Position numbers and translations under genes: made by a program. DNA of 64,000 bases from Octopus vulgaris (Eukaryota), in contig OX597833.1 of the NCBI GenBank assembly GCA_951406725.2, forward strand, positions 40,486,001 to 40,550,000, given 5' to 3'. The notes below the pieces were generated by a model. It was not told the origin of the DNA and searched no databases. It worked only from the letters and a program-made list of their open reading frames with translations. This document shows positions 38,643 to 49,100 of the stretch, piece after piece. Each line of letters opens with the position of its first letter. The first letter of the stretch is position 1.

Positions 38643-40978
38643 CACACTCGTGTGTGTATGTATATATATATGTTTTCTTGCTTCTAGTCACAAGCTCCTA
38701 ATCGCTGTTATCATACATATAATTCTTATATTTTCAGAAAGTCTTCCAATCTTCCTTGGTGGTTCTAAATCAACATTTGGTGAGTTTCAAACAAATTAAA
38801 GCCAACAATAAATATGTGTATGTATGAACATGTGTGTGTGTGTGCATATGTATGTGTGTGTGTGTGTGTGTGAGAGAGTTAATGTTTTTCTTATTTGCCT
38901 TTGAAAATGTTTATTGTAATTGATAATATAGTATTTTCATTCTTCCATCTATCACTATGTAAGAGATACCACCATGCTGGAAATAGCAGCCAAAACTTGA
39001 CTCTAAAACCACATTAAATGTTCATACAGCACCAGGAGAGAAGACACCTGGTGCTGTTTGAACATTTAATGTGGTTTTAGAGTCAAGTTTTGGCTGCTAT
39101 TTCCAGCGTGGTGGTATCTCTTAGATACCCTAAATTATAATTTTGATAATAATTATTACCTTTGAAGGTTTTTATTCCCATACTGGCCACTTGATAAGAT
39201 TGATATTTAAATAACAATTTTATCTTTATTTATATAAATTTATCACTATGTAAGGGTAGATTTAAGTAGCGTAATGAGTTACATATTTTAATAGCAAGGA
39301 TGATTTATATATGATTATCATTTTTCTGACCCATTAATGAACTGAGCTCATTGCCATCTCCTCCTCCTCCTCATCATCTCCTGTTCTTTATGTACTTGAT
39401 TACAAAAGTTAGATGAGCCTTCTAAGCAACATTGCTGCCTGAAACTTCATCTTAAAAATTATGAGGGGCTTTATAAAACTGTTGGCATTTTCCAGTGCTC
39501 CTGCTGTTTACAGAAATAAAAATGTACCAGACGTGTGGTACCTACCTTTCCAGAGCTGCAGCTGAGCTGTTGAGAGTGAAGGGTCTTGTTCCTAGATTTA
39601 TTATGTATGAATAAAAAAACAGGAATGAGATAGTTATGGCTTAAATACCTTTATGTGGGGGTTCAACATGCATCATAATGTGTTGTTAAGCAAGATAATT
39701 AACTCTCCTTAAACTATGAACATTTGTCATTATTTCCTTACTGTCTCCTAGCATTTCTGAAGTTTTCTGTTCATCTTTTCGGTTCCAGATGTGGATGATG
39801 AATTTGATGACCTCATATCAACAGAAGGTTTGTATTATATGTATGTGTGTTTGTCTATGATGGCAGGTGTATAACCTTTCATCTGGTGTGGAGATGTAGA
39901 TGGTGTATGTTTCTTGTCTTGTCTTGAGACAGCATTCACCCGGGGTGGGTTGAGCTGGCTTCATTCATCCTCAATGCTGCATCTCTCACAAACACCGACC
40001 AGGCCTGGCGATTTGAGGCTAACAACCGTGTGATCTCCAGCCACTTTCTATTCCAGCGACGAATGCCGTAGAAATGGGGCCTAGGTTGGGTTCTAGATCA
40101 GCCTTGACTGTTATCAGCCAGGTTTTTTGTTGTCCACCACATCGTTTTTGCCAACCCTGAAGGGGAGCTGGGGCAATTGCTTCGTAGATGAATTCTCCTG
40201 GTTGACAATGGAGGGCATGACCCAGCTAACGCAGACGTCTCGTTAGGATGACCTGTCGGAGGGAGGTTATTTTGCACTGGTGTCGTATGTTGTAGATGAC
40301 TAGTTGTTGTGATGTGCATTATGTAGTGGTAACTGTGTTGTTTCTTATATGAAGTGTGTGTGGATGGTATGTGCTTAGAGAGTGTATGGCTTGTGCTTAA
40401 ACTGGTCATATCCAGCCAAAATATTTTACCTGTCTTATGTTCATACCAGCTAGATCTAGTTTCTCACACTTAGTTTACATTATCATTCTAAAAATATACA
40501 ATATACGTGCCAGTGTCACAAAATGTATGACAGATATAAAATCAAGAAATTCAGATTGGAAAATGAATATTAACTCTTTTACTTTTAAACCGGCCATATC
40601 TGGTCCAAATATTCTACCTGTCTTATGTTCAAACTGGCCATGTTCAAACTCTTACACATATCCTACAATGTCATTCTAAAAATAATGGATGACATCTTTG
40701 AAATCTCAAAAGTATGAGGCAAGGCTTGATTAATTCAAACCAGTGTAAATAAATATACATTATATTTGACAGAGTAATCTGAATGCTAAAAGTGTTAAAT
40801 TATGATATGATAATATCTGTGTCTTTTTGCTATTTTTTCAGGCTTGGAACCCCTATTGCGCCTGAGTCCTCCACCCAGTGACCGAGACTACCAGTTCAAC
40901 CTGGATGACAGTGAAGGCGTTTGTGATCTATTTGATGTCCCTCTGCTTCCACCAAACTCTGCTGCTGCCTTCTATTGA
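1080..40978 (+). CDS. E2F4/5: E2F4/5-type transcription factor, whole spliced CDS join(1080..1199,24109..24218,28830..28991,29731..29839,35509..35724,37894..38005,38738..38779,39789..39827,40842..40978); 1047 nt, 348 aa
   Basis: Exons join in frame with GT-AG ends. The product has the winged-helix DNA-binding domain ([14 protein letters not shown]...[29 protein letters not shown]), coiled-coil/marked box, and the C-terminal pocket-protein-binding motif [17 protein letters not shown]. All closely resemble vertebrate E2F4/E2F5. Confidence 0.95.
2584..3053. mobile_element. MITE-like element with ~35 bp imperfect TIRs
   Basis: caagaaatcttcaattaaagcggcgtcagttaa vs ttaattgacgccgctttaagtaaagattaccttg (reverse complements). 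Confidence 0.6.
2685..2795. repeat. Two abutting perfect hairpins (41 bp and 11 bp arms), both with a TCAC loop
   Basis: Arms 2685-2725/2730-2770 and 2770-2780/2785-2795, read directly. Confidence 0.9.
3420..4400 (-). mobile_element. Degenerate RTE-type LINE reverse-transcriptase fragment
   Basis: Fragmentary peptides YGCEIWT and LQWFSHIRR resemble the RTE ORF C-terminus (YGxETW, LRWFGHV). Confidence 0.7.
5020..7260 (-). mobile_element. Degenerate RTE-type LINE, interrupted by a SINE at ~6387-6950
   Basis: On the - strand it reads [10 protein letters not shown] (RT YADD motif, ~5895-5920) and [12 protein letters not shown]; many stops. Confidence 0.75.
6387..6950 (-). mobile_element. SINE family C with (GAT)n tail and internal tandem gtgccaccggcac repeats
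   Basis: Same sequence recurs at ~29037, 48280, 55230 and 61970; (CAT)n end. Confidence 0.8.
7780..7830. repeat. Perfect 25 bp palindrome with 1 nt spacer
   Basis: aatgcagtacgatcgtttcatgcga-c-tcgcatgaaacgatcgtactgcatt. Confidence 0.92.
9614..10468. mobile_element. MITE with GGATCTTTTCGGTTTGAACGGCAG TIRs, interrupted by a nested MITE
   Basis: TIRs at both ends; uninterrupted copy at 17606-18018. Confidence 0.85.
9945..10371. mobile_element. Nested MITE with ~95 bp TIRs and 8 bp TSD (agatgttt); Merlin-like GG..CC ends
   Basis: Long inverted arms ~9945-10038 / ~10278-10371; TSD at 9937-9944 and 10372-10379. Confidence 0.85.
11594..12078. mobile_element. Tigger/pogo-like MITE
   Basis: TIR agtaatccctcgactatcgcgg vs ccgcgatatggcgagtgattactg, followed by TA. 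Confidence 0.7.
12087..13294 (+). mobile_element. Near full-length defective mariner (Mos1/Hsmar-like transposase pseudogene)
   Basis: TIRs gtcgggtcattccacaagtaatgtccgga / tccggacattacttataggatgacctga. Peptides [37 protein letters not shown]. Stops and frameshifts. Confidence 0.9.
13392..13665 (-). mobile_element. tRNA-derived SINE family D
   Basis: A/B-box-like head ggaggcgcaatggttagggcagcggactcgcgg...ggtttcgattccc; homologous head at 49554. Confidence 0.75.
14047..14377 (+). mobile_element. tRNA-derived SINE family E
   Basis: Head tggctcaagtagttagagc...gagttcgattccc; near-identical copy at ~42529-42860. Confidence 0.8.
17151..17595 (-). mobile_element. Full-length SINE family A with internal (TA)n
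   Basis: tRNA-like head and conserved tail. Other copies at ~19858-20245(+), 27446-27840(-), 35810-36253(-), 46560-46862(+), 50557-50890(+) and 57625-58025(-). Confidence 0.85.
17606..18018. mobile_element. Uninterrupted copy of the GGATCTTTTC-TIR MITE
   Basis: Colinear with 9614-10468 minus the nested insert; TIRs intact. Confidence 0.85.
18022..18370 (+). mobile_element. Non-autonomous Helitron-like repeat (5' part)
   Basis: tattatataaaatccgttctgtctgtg start, shared with copies at 34760-35232(-) and 43245-43625(+). Confidence 0.6.
18564..19076 (-). mobile_element. 5'-truncated RTE LINE with (GAT)n tail and perfect 15 bp TSD
   Basis: [25 protein letters not shown]...FAGHC; TSD ttagagaatacctat at 18549-18563 and 19077-19091. 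Confidence 0.9.
19548..19800 (-). mobile_element. Penelope-like terminal-repeat fragment next to (TA)n, with a decayed hammerhead motif
   Basis: CTGACAAAGAGCTCCGCTCAAAACGTT on the - strand (19651-19680); related fragments at ~11390-11560, 19320-19500 and 60150-60320. Confidence 0.5.
21013..21247. mobile_element. Inverted-duplicated repeat fragment inserted in (TA)n (Penelope-like architecture)
   Basis: 57 bp arms 21013-21069 / 21138-21194 with 1 mismatch; non-inverted relative at 58861-59043. Confidence 0.7.
21431..21566. repeat. 46 bp imperfect inverted repeat (44 nt spacer)
   Basis: atgaatttcattagcttacagctgttcctgttataagatgcagtgc vs gcactgtatctcataacagaaacagctgtaagctaatgaagttcat. Confidence 0.8.
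22280..22718 (+). mobile_element. Head-to-tail dimer of SINE family B
   Basis: Two near-identical ~225 bp units (tagcacgccaggcgaaatg...aataaagaaat). Similar trimers at ~36507-37050 and 47538-48128. Confidence 0.85.
24109..24218 (+). CDS. E2F4/5: E2F4/5 exon 2 ([36 protein letters not shown])
   Basis: ttttacag acceptor, RRIYD DNA-recognition motif, donor GTAAGT at 24219. Confidence 0.97.
25201..25886. repeat. Apparently perfect 343 bp tandem duplication built from TTAA-MITE sequence
   Basis: 25201-25543 is repeated at 25544-25886. Confidence 0.9.
28525..28742. mobile_element. piggyBac-like MITE (TTAA TSD, CCCTTTAG...CTAAAGGG)
   Basis: ttaa|ccctttag and ctaaaggg|ttaa. Relatives at ~40570-40800, 49360-50078 (split) and 51244-51466. 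Confidence 0.75.
28830..28991 (+). CDS. E2F4/5: E2F4/5 exon 3 ([53 protein letters not shown]), coiled-coil
   Basis: Pyrimidine tract + gaag acceptor; E2F4-like heptad region; followed by the U12-type donor GTATCCTTT. Confidence 0.94.
28992..29730 (+). other. U12-type (minor spliceosome) GT-AG intron of E2F4/5
   Basis: 5' splice site GTATCCTTT (28992-29000) is the U12 consensus. Branch-like TTTTCCTTCAC at 29706-29716 lies ~15 nt before AG 29729-29730. The splice restores the frame Q|LAYVSYEDI. Confidence 0.88.
29037..29325 (-). mobile_element. SINE family C inside the U12 intron
   Basis: (CAT)n end and family-C body. Confidence 0.8.
29731..29839 (+). CDS. E2F4/5: E2F4/5 exon 4 ([36 protein letters not shown]), marked box
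   Basis: LAYV.EDI and APSGT motifs of the E2F marked box; donor GTAAGT at 29840. Confidence 0.95.
30044..30604 (+). mobile_element. Internally deleted mariner with TA TSD
   Basis: TIRs ta|ttgggttgtctggaaagttt / aactttccggacaacccaa|ta; peptide [25 protein letters not shown] (YSPDLAP motif). Confidence 0.88.
32790..33720 (-). pseudogene. Merlin (IS1016/IS1595-related) DDE transposase relic, split by a SINE
   Basis: Peptides [27 protein letters not shown] and IHSDEWPAY...[23 protein letters not shown] match the Merlin/IS1595 catalytic motifs. Confidence 0.85.
33271..33505 (+). mobile_element. Full-length SINE family B with 17 bp TSD
   Basis: TSD gatattatactatggct at 33254-33270 and 33506-33522. 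Confidence 0.92.
34367..34648. mobile_element. hAT-like MITE inserted in a family-A SINE
   Basis: TIR tagaggtgtagctagg / cctagctacacccctg. Confidence 0.65.
34760..35232 (-). mobile_element. Non-autonomous Helitron-like element
   Basis: 3' hairpin ccggccattggacgg followed by gctcgc; homologous to 43245-43625. Confidence 0.6.
35509..35724 (+). CDS. E2F4/5: E2F4/5 exon 5 ([21 protein letters not shown]...KTPQKLKK)
   Basis: Long poly-T tract + catag acceptor; KYQI.LKS.SGPI.V.LVNK marked-box end; donor GTAAAT at 35725. Confidence 0.9.
37287..37678 (-). mobile_element. Non-autonomous Helitron inserted in the (TA)n of a SINE
   Basis: - strand begins tatatataaagctgaatttgtctg and ends cctgagcaacgctgggctatactgCTAG|T (subterminal hairpin + CTAG). 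Confidence 0.75.
37894..38005 (+). CDS. E2F4/5: E2F4/5 exon 6 ([37 protein letters not shown]), Ser/Pro linker
   Basis: tttcag acceptor, CAG|GTAAG donor, phase compatible with flanking exons (0 in, 1 out). Confidence 0.8.
38738..38779 (+). CDS. E2F4/5: E2F4/5 putative microexon 7 (42 nt, [14 protein letters not shown])
   Basis: ttttcag acceptor, G|GTGAGT donor, open phase 1-1. No homology support, so the call rests on splice signals only. Confidence 0.6.
38960..39123. repeat. 77 bp inverted repeat, 10 nt loop, 2 mismatches
   Basis: Arms 38960-39036 and 39047-39123, read directly. Confidence 0.92.
39789..39827 (+). CDS. E2F4/5: E2F4/5 microexon 8 (39 nt, [13 protein letters not shown])
   Basis: ttccag acceptor, AAG|GTTTGT donor; acidic peptide resembling the E2F4 segment LEELMSSE just before PLLRLSPPP. 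Confidence 0.8.
39910..40250 (-). mobile_element. RTE-type LINE 3' fragment
   Basis: - strand reads RRLR*LGHALH...[21 protein letters not shown]. Confidence 0.7.
40842..40978 (+). CDS. E2F4/5: E2F4/5 terminal coding exon ([44 protein letters not shown])
   Basis: tttttcag acceptor; pocket-protein (Rb/p107/p130)-binding motif; TGA at 40976-40978. Confidence 0.96.
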
Positions 40979-41729
40979 TACTTCAACCACACACTCATGT
41001 GCACACACACACATACACATACATATATGTGCTCTCTCTCCCTCTCTTGTCAGCTCAAAGACAAAATACCTTTAAACAACAGCTAAACCCCATCAGGAAG
41101 TGGTTTCTATAGATATAAATATTATAAAATCTGTTAATATCTTTGTTTCTGCTAACCTCTAACTTCTCATCTAAATCTAATCTTTTAACCTCTTAATGAC
41201 AATACATGTATCATGTATTGGCCTCCAAATGTGCATTTGCAAGCATACAAGGACTTGGGATTAGTGGTGATAGAGTGAAGAGTGAGTTATTACACATATT
41301 CCCTTTGATTAACCTATTCTGTTTCTTCTAGGGCAGCTGACAACTACATCATGATTATTAATAAGAAAAAAGTTCTCAAATCCACTGTAGTATCTCCCTT
41401 AGACTCACTCACAATTATTACAATATATATGTGTGGAAATGTAAAGTACTGGGCAACTGAATAGCTCAATACTGTTCAGATTTCAATACTGCCATTGTGT
41501 TGTATCCCCGGATCAGGACAATGTTAACTTTTCATGCTCCAGTATGTCTTACCGAATACATAAAGAACCTTGACCTTTGGCCTACGTCCTACTTCAGTGG
41601 TTAGTGGCAGCAAAAGCTTCCAGCTTTAAAAGCAGCTAATCCAACGATGGAAATGCACTTATGCACACACACACAGATATGATAGGTTGTCCACCAAGTT
41701 TGAAGATGCCCTATTTTGGCAGAGAAATA

Positions 41730-43225
41730 TTTGCACAGACTGCACACTAATGTTTATTTACACCAGAATTGTTAGAATATAATTTGTGAGCTGCTCTTTT
41801 GGCCTCTGCTATACAGATATGTGAAGATTCAAATGCTTTGGAACCCTTGTCACTAGTTTCCTTCCAAGCACACAACTGGACTTGCCTGAAGTTGGCAAAG
41901 GAACTGGATGCATTAGCACATCTGAGAACCTCTATATTAGGAATCGTTCTTTGGTAATACATGTGGAAATGGTTGAGCCTTATTAGAATTACATCAATAC
42001 ATTGTCCAAGATTTAGCACCATAAAAGTGAGATGGAAGGATGATTGCATTGTTTTATTTTAGTACCAATATCAATACCTGGGCTGTCCCTCATTCTGTGC
42101 TGCAGTTTTTCTGAAATAGCCTTTTCCTTGCAATTGTCTACATTTTTTCAGCTCAGTCCCACTTAGTTTTATTCTAGGAAGTACCTTTCTATACATGTCT
42201 TAGGACAAGTTGGTGTCTTAGGACAAGTTGGTGTAGGACTTCTATTTTTTTTTGTAGTGTTGATAGTGGGGCCAAATCGTTGTAGGTGTTTGACAATTGA
42301 TTGACTCATGCCTGCATGCTGGACTTGTCTTGTGTGAACAATCCCCAGACATTTAGAGGCTTAATTTTGGATTTTGCTTGCAATCTGTGACGATGGAATA
42401 ATTTGCCATCATATCTTGATGTTTTGAAGACCTCCTGTAACATAGCAAAATGTATAACACTGAAATGGGCAGGTGCTGAGACATGACTTTGTTTTGACAG
42501 AAAATGATGCAAATATGTCTCCATTGTCAAGGTACATGACTCAGTAGTTAGAGTGTCAGGCTCACAATCATGAGGTAGTGAGTTCGATTCCTGGACCAGG
42601 TTGTGTGTTGTGTTCTTGAGCAAGACTTTTTATTTCATGTTGCTCCAGTTCACTCAGCTGTAGAAATGAGTTGTGATGTCATTGGTGTCAAGCTGTATCA
42701 GCCTTTGCCATTTCTTTGGATAACATTGATGGCTTGGAAAGGGGAGGCTGGTATGCATGGGTGACTGCTAGTCTTCCATAAACAACCTTGCCCAGACTTG
42801 TACTTCGGAGGGGAACTTCCTCGGTGCAATCCCACGGTCATTCATGACCGAAGGGTGTCTTTACTCTTTTATGTCTCCATTACTCCTGACACTCTCCAGC
42901 ATGCTGTCATAAAATTGACACACCATGCACATGATCTTCACAAACTGCCTGCAACACAAAGTATCAAAATTCTTTGTGAGTTAGCAAATGTTGTAAGCAA
43001 GGCCTGATTCTGCTCTTAACACTTCTGGGCAAGTCTTACAACAAAGATCGTATCAGTAGTGTCCCTTCTCACAACAGAATCCACGCTGGCTTCCTGGCAG
43101 AAAATTGTGGAATGAGGTGATTCAAGAGTGTCCTCTTGCAAAAATTTTGCCAGCAATTGACAAGGGGGAGATACCGCTGATTATAGCATCATTGAATTTT
43201 GGGAGAATGGAACCTGCTGACATCA
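41730..43225 (-). mobile_element. Degenerate RTE/BovB-like LINE, interrupted by a family-E SINE (~42529-42860)
   Basis: Peptide remnants such as RGISPLSIAGKIFAR and YDGKLF; frameshifted. Confidence 0.7.
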
Positions 43226-43244
43226 AGATATATATATATATATA

Positions 43245-43625
43245 TATATTATATAAAATCCGTTCTGTCTGTGTGTGTGTGTCTTCTAGGATCTCAGGCA
43301 TCCTCCATTCGATTGCGCTCAAATTTGATATGTAGGTACCGACAATATCAGGGCGTGTATAAGTCTTGGTGAAATTACAAGAATCAATTCCAGGTGAGAA
43401 TGTGATCGATAAAGCCGTGGGAACGTGCATTTGTATGTGCAAGTACATCAGCTGTTGCGATCGATGCTATGCATACGCGAGAAAAATGCACAGTGTCTCA
43501 AATTTAGGTTAAATCAATATTTCTCAAAGGGGAGGCCTACGGTCGGACAAGTTGTTTTGAGAAAATTTGGTTTAAATGTTTGACAACTCAGCACCGTCCA
43601 TTGGACAGGAAGCATTTTGCTCATG
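43245..43625 (+). mobile_element. Non-autonomous Helitron-like element
   Basis: Homologous to the 18022 and 34760 copies; terminal hairpin ccgtccattggacag. Confidence 0.6.
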
Positions 43626-45246
43626 TATATATATATCTAATATTTTCAAGTAGTAAAGGATACTAAATACTTATGTCAAGTAAAATATATACCAACTCTG
43701 TTCAGGCTGTTTATTTAGTATTCTCATTCTTAAAAATTATTTAGTAGTTTTATTTGAGAGTTGTGTGAGTATGTACTTGGTGTTCTCTTCTTCCTACCCA
43801 GATTTTGTGAAGGAGAGAGTGAATTTGCACTTGAAAATCCCTTCACTGAATAGGAATAAGTTTCCCTAAAAGTATTGGTTTTGTTGTGGTTAGATGGTGG
43901 TGGTGGTGGTGATATATGTCTTACACATCATCATCATCATCATCCATGTTAGAAATAGCAGCCAAATTTCCCTCATTACACCCTACTGTTTTAAAATTAT
44001 GGTGACATAATTCTAGATATACTGGCTTGGAAAAAAATGATTGGATGGTTGTGACTGGAATGCCTTTGATTATAGGGCTGTTCACTTGTGGTTACCCTCA
44101 GGTTAGACAACAACTGTAACAGCAGCATTAATACTTGTTCAAATTGCTTTGGTAATTTAAGAAAAAAAAAAAAAATTTTAATCATGTCACTGATTATGAT
44201 TTTCTTTAGTTGGTCATATTATTGCTGTTGTTGTTTAGCCCTAGGCCAGGCTTGATCCAGCACAACTTTGACCAATGATATTTCAGTCATGTCTGTCCCA
44301 TGTATTTTTGTCTGTATTTAGGACTTCTTTTATCTATTATGTCTGATGACTTAATTTGAGAGGAAATTCGACTGCTATTTCTAGTGGATCACGTAACCAC
44401 ATAAAAGCTCCCTCTTGGACACACTGGTTGGTTATGGTGTTTGTGATACTGGTGTTGTTTTGCCTTAGATGAGCATGGTTATTGCAGACATTCCTACCAT
44501 GACTATCCTGTTTTTTTGTTTTTTTTGCCCATACATAATATATCTAGGACCGCTTTACATTACCCCCTCTCCTTTTTATTTTATATAAGACAGTTGGGTA
44601 AGATTTAATGGAGGAGCAACAACATAGAGACCACATCTTTGAACTTACTGCACCATTCTAAACTGATGACTGATGGAGGTTTAAAAAAAGAGAGAGAGAG
44701 AGAGAAAGAGAGAAGGGTGTCACAATCCTCAAACAACCCTCAAAAAATACGAATATAATCTGTGATGACTATAAAACAATGCAAAGGGGTGGTTGATGGG
44801 GGGGGAGAATGGAAAAAAATGAAACATTTGCATTCAGTTATCTCTCCAGACAGAACAAAACATACACAAAAAGACCATAATCATGATGATGATAAAAAGC
44901 AATATAAGAGGAGAAAATGTGGATTATTCCTTTATGTATGTTGTTGTTGTTATTGTTTTTAATGTTTTTTTCTTTTTTTTTTTAAATTTTTTTTTCCCCC
45001 TTTTCTTTTAGTTCAAGTTTGAATCTGAGAGAAAGATAAATGTTTAATACATGAAATGTTACTGATCATGACGTTAATGAAGATAATGATACTCATTGAG
45101 ACCAGGGACATGGTTCCATTCATAAAATGTATGTGTGTACTTATCTATATACATGTTTGTACACACACACACACACAGTGTTAACCCTGGTATCTATTTT
45201 TAAATTTAGGGCAAAATTCTTATCTCCCTTCCTTTCTGACATACAT

Positions 45247-45279
<33 letters not shown>

Positions 45280-45974
45280 CATACATACACATACATAATC
45301 AGGTATCTTTTGAACTTGAAATTTTGGGTGGGCTTAAATTATTCTCAAAATAAAAACTGGGATTTTTAGTCAGGAAGCAATTTTATTTTTGAAAATGAAT
45401 AATGAATGAAATTTAAACCTAAAAAAACCAGCAACTAAAAAAAAAAAAAGGAAAAAATTTATCATGTTTACTCGAAACCGAATTAAAAAAAAAATTCTGG
45501 ACAAAATAAATTATATTCATAAGGGTAAAAACCAAATAGATTTACAAAGAAAATAAATAAAAATAAAAAAAACATAAACTCCTAAAAAATCTTGACCAAA
45601 AATAACGGGGTGTTAAAATGATGGCAATAATATTAAAAAAAAATATTCTGAACTTTTGCATGTAAAGCAAAATATTGTAGGAACATAATAAAAGGGCAGG
45701 GTGGTGGACGGGGTGGGGGGATAGTTAATTTATACATTACACATTTCATTATGTGAAGAAGAAGAAGAAAAAGAAAAGAAAACTCCCTAAGTTGTATTAT
45801 GGTAACAGAATGATGAACAAAACGACAATAGGAGGATGGGTGACTGAATCCTATACCATATTGATTGGTTTCTGCTACTACCACTGCTACAACTACTGCT
45901 ACTACATCTTGGTTCACAACCTTATCATGGAAGATTGTATGAAGGCTTTTTTCTTCTTCCCTTTGTCTCTCTCT

Positions 45975-45976
45975 CA

Positions 45977-46013
<37 letters not shown>

Positions 46014-46016
46014 TAC

Positions 46017-46054
<38 letters not shown>

Positions 46055-46114
46055 ATATGTATATATACATATATATATACACATGTGTATATATATATAT
46101 ATATATATATACAC

Positions 46115-46146
<32 letters not shown>

Positions 46147-46190
46147 ACACACGTATATATACATCTATATATATGTATATGTACGTATGC
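45975..46190. repeat. Compound (TA)n/(CA)n microsatellite
   Basis: Read directly; source of the YIYI ORFs. Confidence 0.9.
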
Positions 46191-49100
46191 ACTTTCTTTC
46201 TTTTTCCTCCCATCTTTCTCACACAATTAGTTGTTAAAAAAATTCTTTTTTTTTTATATTCTATTTTCTGATTTTGTTTTCTTGTTGTTAGATTTTTTCT
46301 ATTCTTTTTTTTTTTTCAGTTTTATTAATTTTTTTTCTAATTGGTAATTAAATAATTGAAAAAAAAAATAACCCAAAAAAAACAAAAACAAAGAAGATAA
46401 AAATAAAAACTATATCGATTTCTCTTTTGGTATTTGTATATTTCAATACCTGGTGTATATTTTCAGTTATGGCATGAGCTATGTGTATACAGAGGTACAT
46501 ACATAGACTATCTGCATATTGATTTCTTCTTTAAAATATACTCTTTTACTTGTTTCAGTCAAGTGTTTTCTGCTATAGCCTCGGGCTGACCAAAGCCTTG
46601 TGAGTGGATTTGGTAGACAGAAACTGAAAAGAAGCCCGTCATATATATGTATGTGTGTGTGTTTGTGTCTGTGTTTGTCCCCCCAACATTGCTTGACAAC
46701 CGATGCTGGTGTGTTTACGTCTCCGTAACTTAGTGGTTCGGCAAAAGAGACCGATAGAATAAGTACTAGGCTTACAAAGAATAAGTCCTGAGGTCAATTT
46801 GCTTGACTAAAGGCGGTGCTCCAGCATGGCCGCAGTCAAATGACTGAAACAAGTAAAAGAGTAGCAACAGAAGCAGTATTACTACCAAGTGGTAATATTT
46901 ATCCCTACTTAAACATGGGTGTTCTGTTAGAACAAGCTATACTGCAGTAGATACCATGAGAGAAGCTCTCGTATTGGCTTTTCAATGCAAAATGGACTCT
47001 TGTTTATATTGTTAGTAGTAAGATAAATCCCCACCACTTCCAGTATGAAGACCACTAAATCACATAATTTTAACCTTTTTTAGTCTTGTCAATGATTTGG
47101 AGTTATGCCATGGACTGTCTATATACAGAGATGTTTTAGTACAAGGTCATACTTGGTGTTTATGTGTATAATGCATAATGGCAGTTATTTATGCTGCTGC
47201 ATTACTGATTACATGGTCACACATTCAAACTTTATTACTACACTTAATGTTCTGTATTGTTTTGCAGCTTCTGATCATTCTCACCATCTATTTTAATTGC
47301 TGATAGGGACGCTGTATTTCGTTTTGCAACCATTATATACTACCAAGTATATCTTTTAAATATGAGTAGCAATGTAGCTCCTCTACATTCTTCTCTTCTC
47401 TCATTTCTGTTAATAATAATAATAATAAGAATAATAATAATAATAATAGTTATGAACTCATTGTATACAGTGCTCAGGTGCATTACATCTCTTTAGAAAA
47501 AGTAACCAAAACTGCATGAACAGTAGATAGAATAAGGCACAGGTGAGCTAGCTGAAACGTTAGCACACCGGGTGAAATGCTTATCAGTATTTTGTCTGCC
47601 GTTACGTTCTGAGTTCAAATTCTGCCGAGGCCAACTTTGCCTTTCATCCTTTTGGGGTCGATTAAATAAGTGCCAGTTACGCACTGGGGTCGATGTAATC
47701 GACTTAATCCGTTTGTCCTTGTTTGTCCCTTCTATGTTTATCCCCTCTATGTTTAGCCCCTTGTAGGCAATAAAGAAACGTTAGCACACTGGGCGAAATG
47801 CTTATCGGTGTTTCGTCTGCCGTTACATTCTGAATTCAAATTCTGCTTTGCCTTTCATCCTTTCATGGTCAGTTAAATAAGTACGCATTGGGGTTGATGT
47901 AATCAACTTAATCCATTTTGCTGTCCTTGTTTGGCCCCTTGTGTGTAGTAAAGAAATAGGTATTTCATCTGAGTTCAAATTCCACCGAGGTCGACTTTGC
48001 CTTTCATCCTTTCAGGGTCGATTAAATAAGTACCAGTTACACACTGCGGTTGATGAAATCAACTTAATCCCTTTGTCTGTCCTTGTTTGTCCCCTCTGTG
48101 TTTAGCCCCTTGTGGGCAGTAAAGAAATAAGAATAAGACACAGGATGTGAACTGTGAATAAATCTTCAGGAAAAAAAACCCAGAAGAAACAGTGGGTGAG
48201 GGGCATCAGGTGTACTTTTGGTTAAATTTGAGGAAGCATGGAAGTTTTGAAGGATGCAGTATCTTGACAGTTAACAACTTTTTCGTTTAGCGTCCGCTTT
48301 CCATGCTAGCATGGGTTGGACGGTTTAACTGGGGTCTGGGAAGCCAGAAGGCTGCACCAGTCCCAGTCTGATCTGGCAATGTTTCTACGGCTGGATGCCC
48401 TTCCTAACGCCAACCACTCCGTGAGTGTAGTGGGTGCTTTTTACGTGCCACCGGCACAGGTGCCAGACGAGGCTGGCAAACGGCCACGATTGGATGGTGC
48501 TTTTTACGTGCCACCGGCACAGGGGCCAGGCGAGGCTGGCGATGCAGTTTATTCCGTGCTTCAGTAATTCTGACCCTGAAAAAATGTTTCTGAAAGACAT
48601 GGGTGCTGTGTTGGTTTTTGATTTTGTAAGTATGTCCATGAGTGTTAAACATGGAATTCAAAATGATACTCAAGATTGTTGTTGGAAGGATGGTGGATAG
48701 TCTTGTTTTAATTACACTGTCTTCGTTTCAATTAGTTTTGAAATTAATGAAGAATTAAGTAAAATAAGAACATCAGTCTTTATTAAGCCAATGTTTGGAA
48801 CAAAATTAACATTAAAAATTTGATGGAAGGTTTTAATTTGGATAACTTTATTGTAATCTAGAATCAGGGCTGGTCTCAGGCAGATTGGTATTGAAAGGGT
48901 TAACTTCTCATCTCTTCGTATAAATCCACCTTTCTTGGGGTTTGTATTGCAAACTACAGGCTTTGCATGGTTTTCACTAGTGCTGGGGATATAATAGAAA
49001 TAATATCACTTTGGAATTTCATTTGAAGTAGTTTGAAATTCCATAAATATTTGAATATTTATAGTGATGACATAGCTCTGTGGTTATAAAGCTTGCTTTC

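Noticed and set aside
45633-46271. Long ORFs (172-197 aa) on both strands
   Set aside because: Translations of (TA)n/(CA)n microsatellites (YIYI/HTHT).
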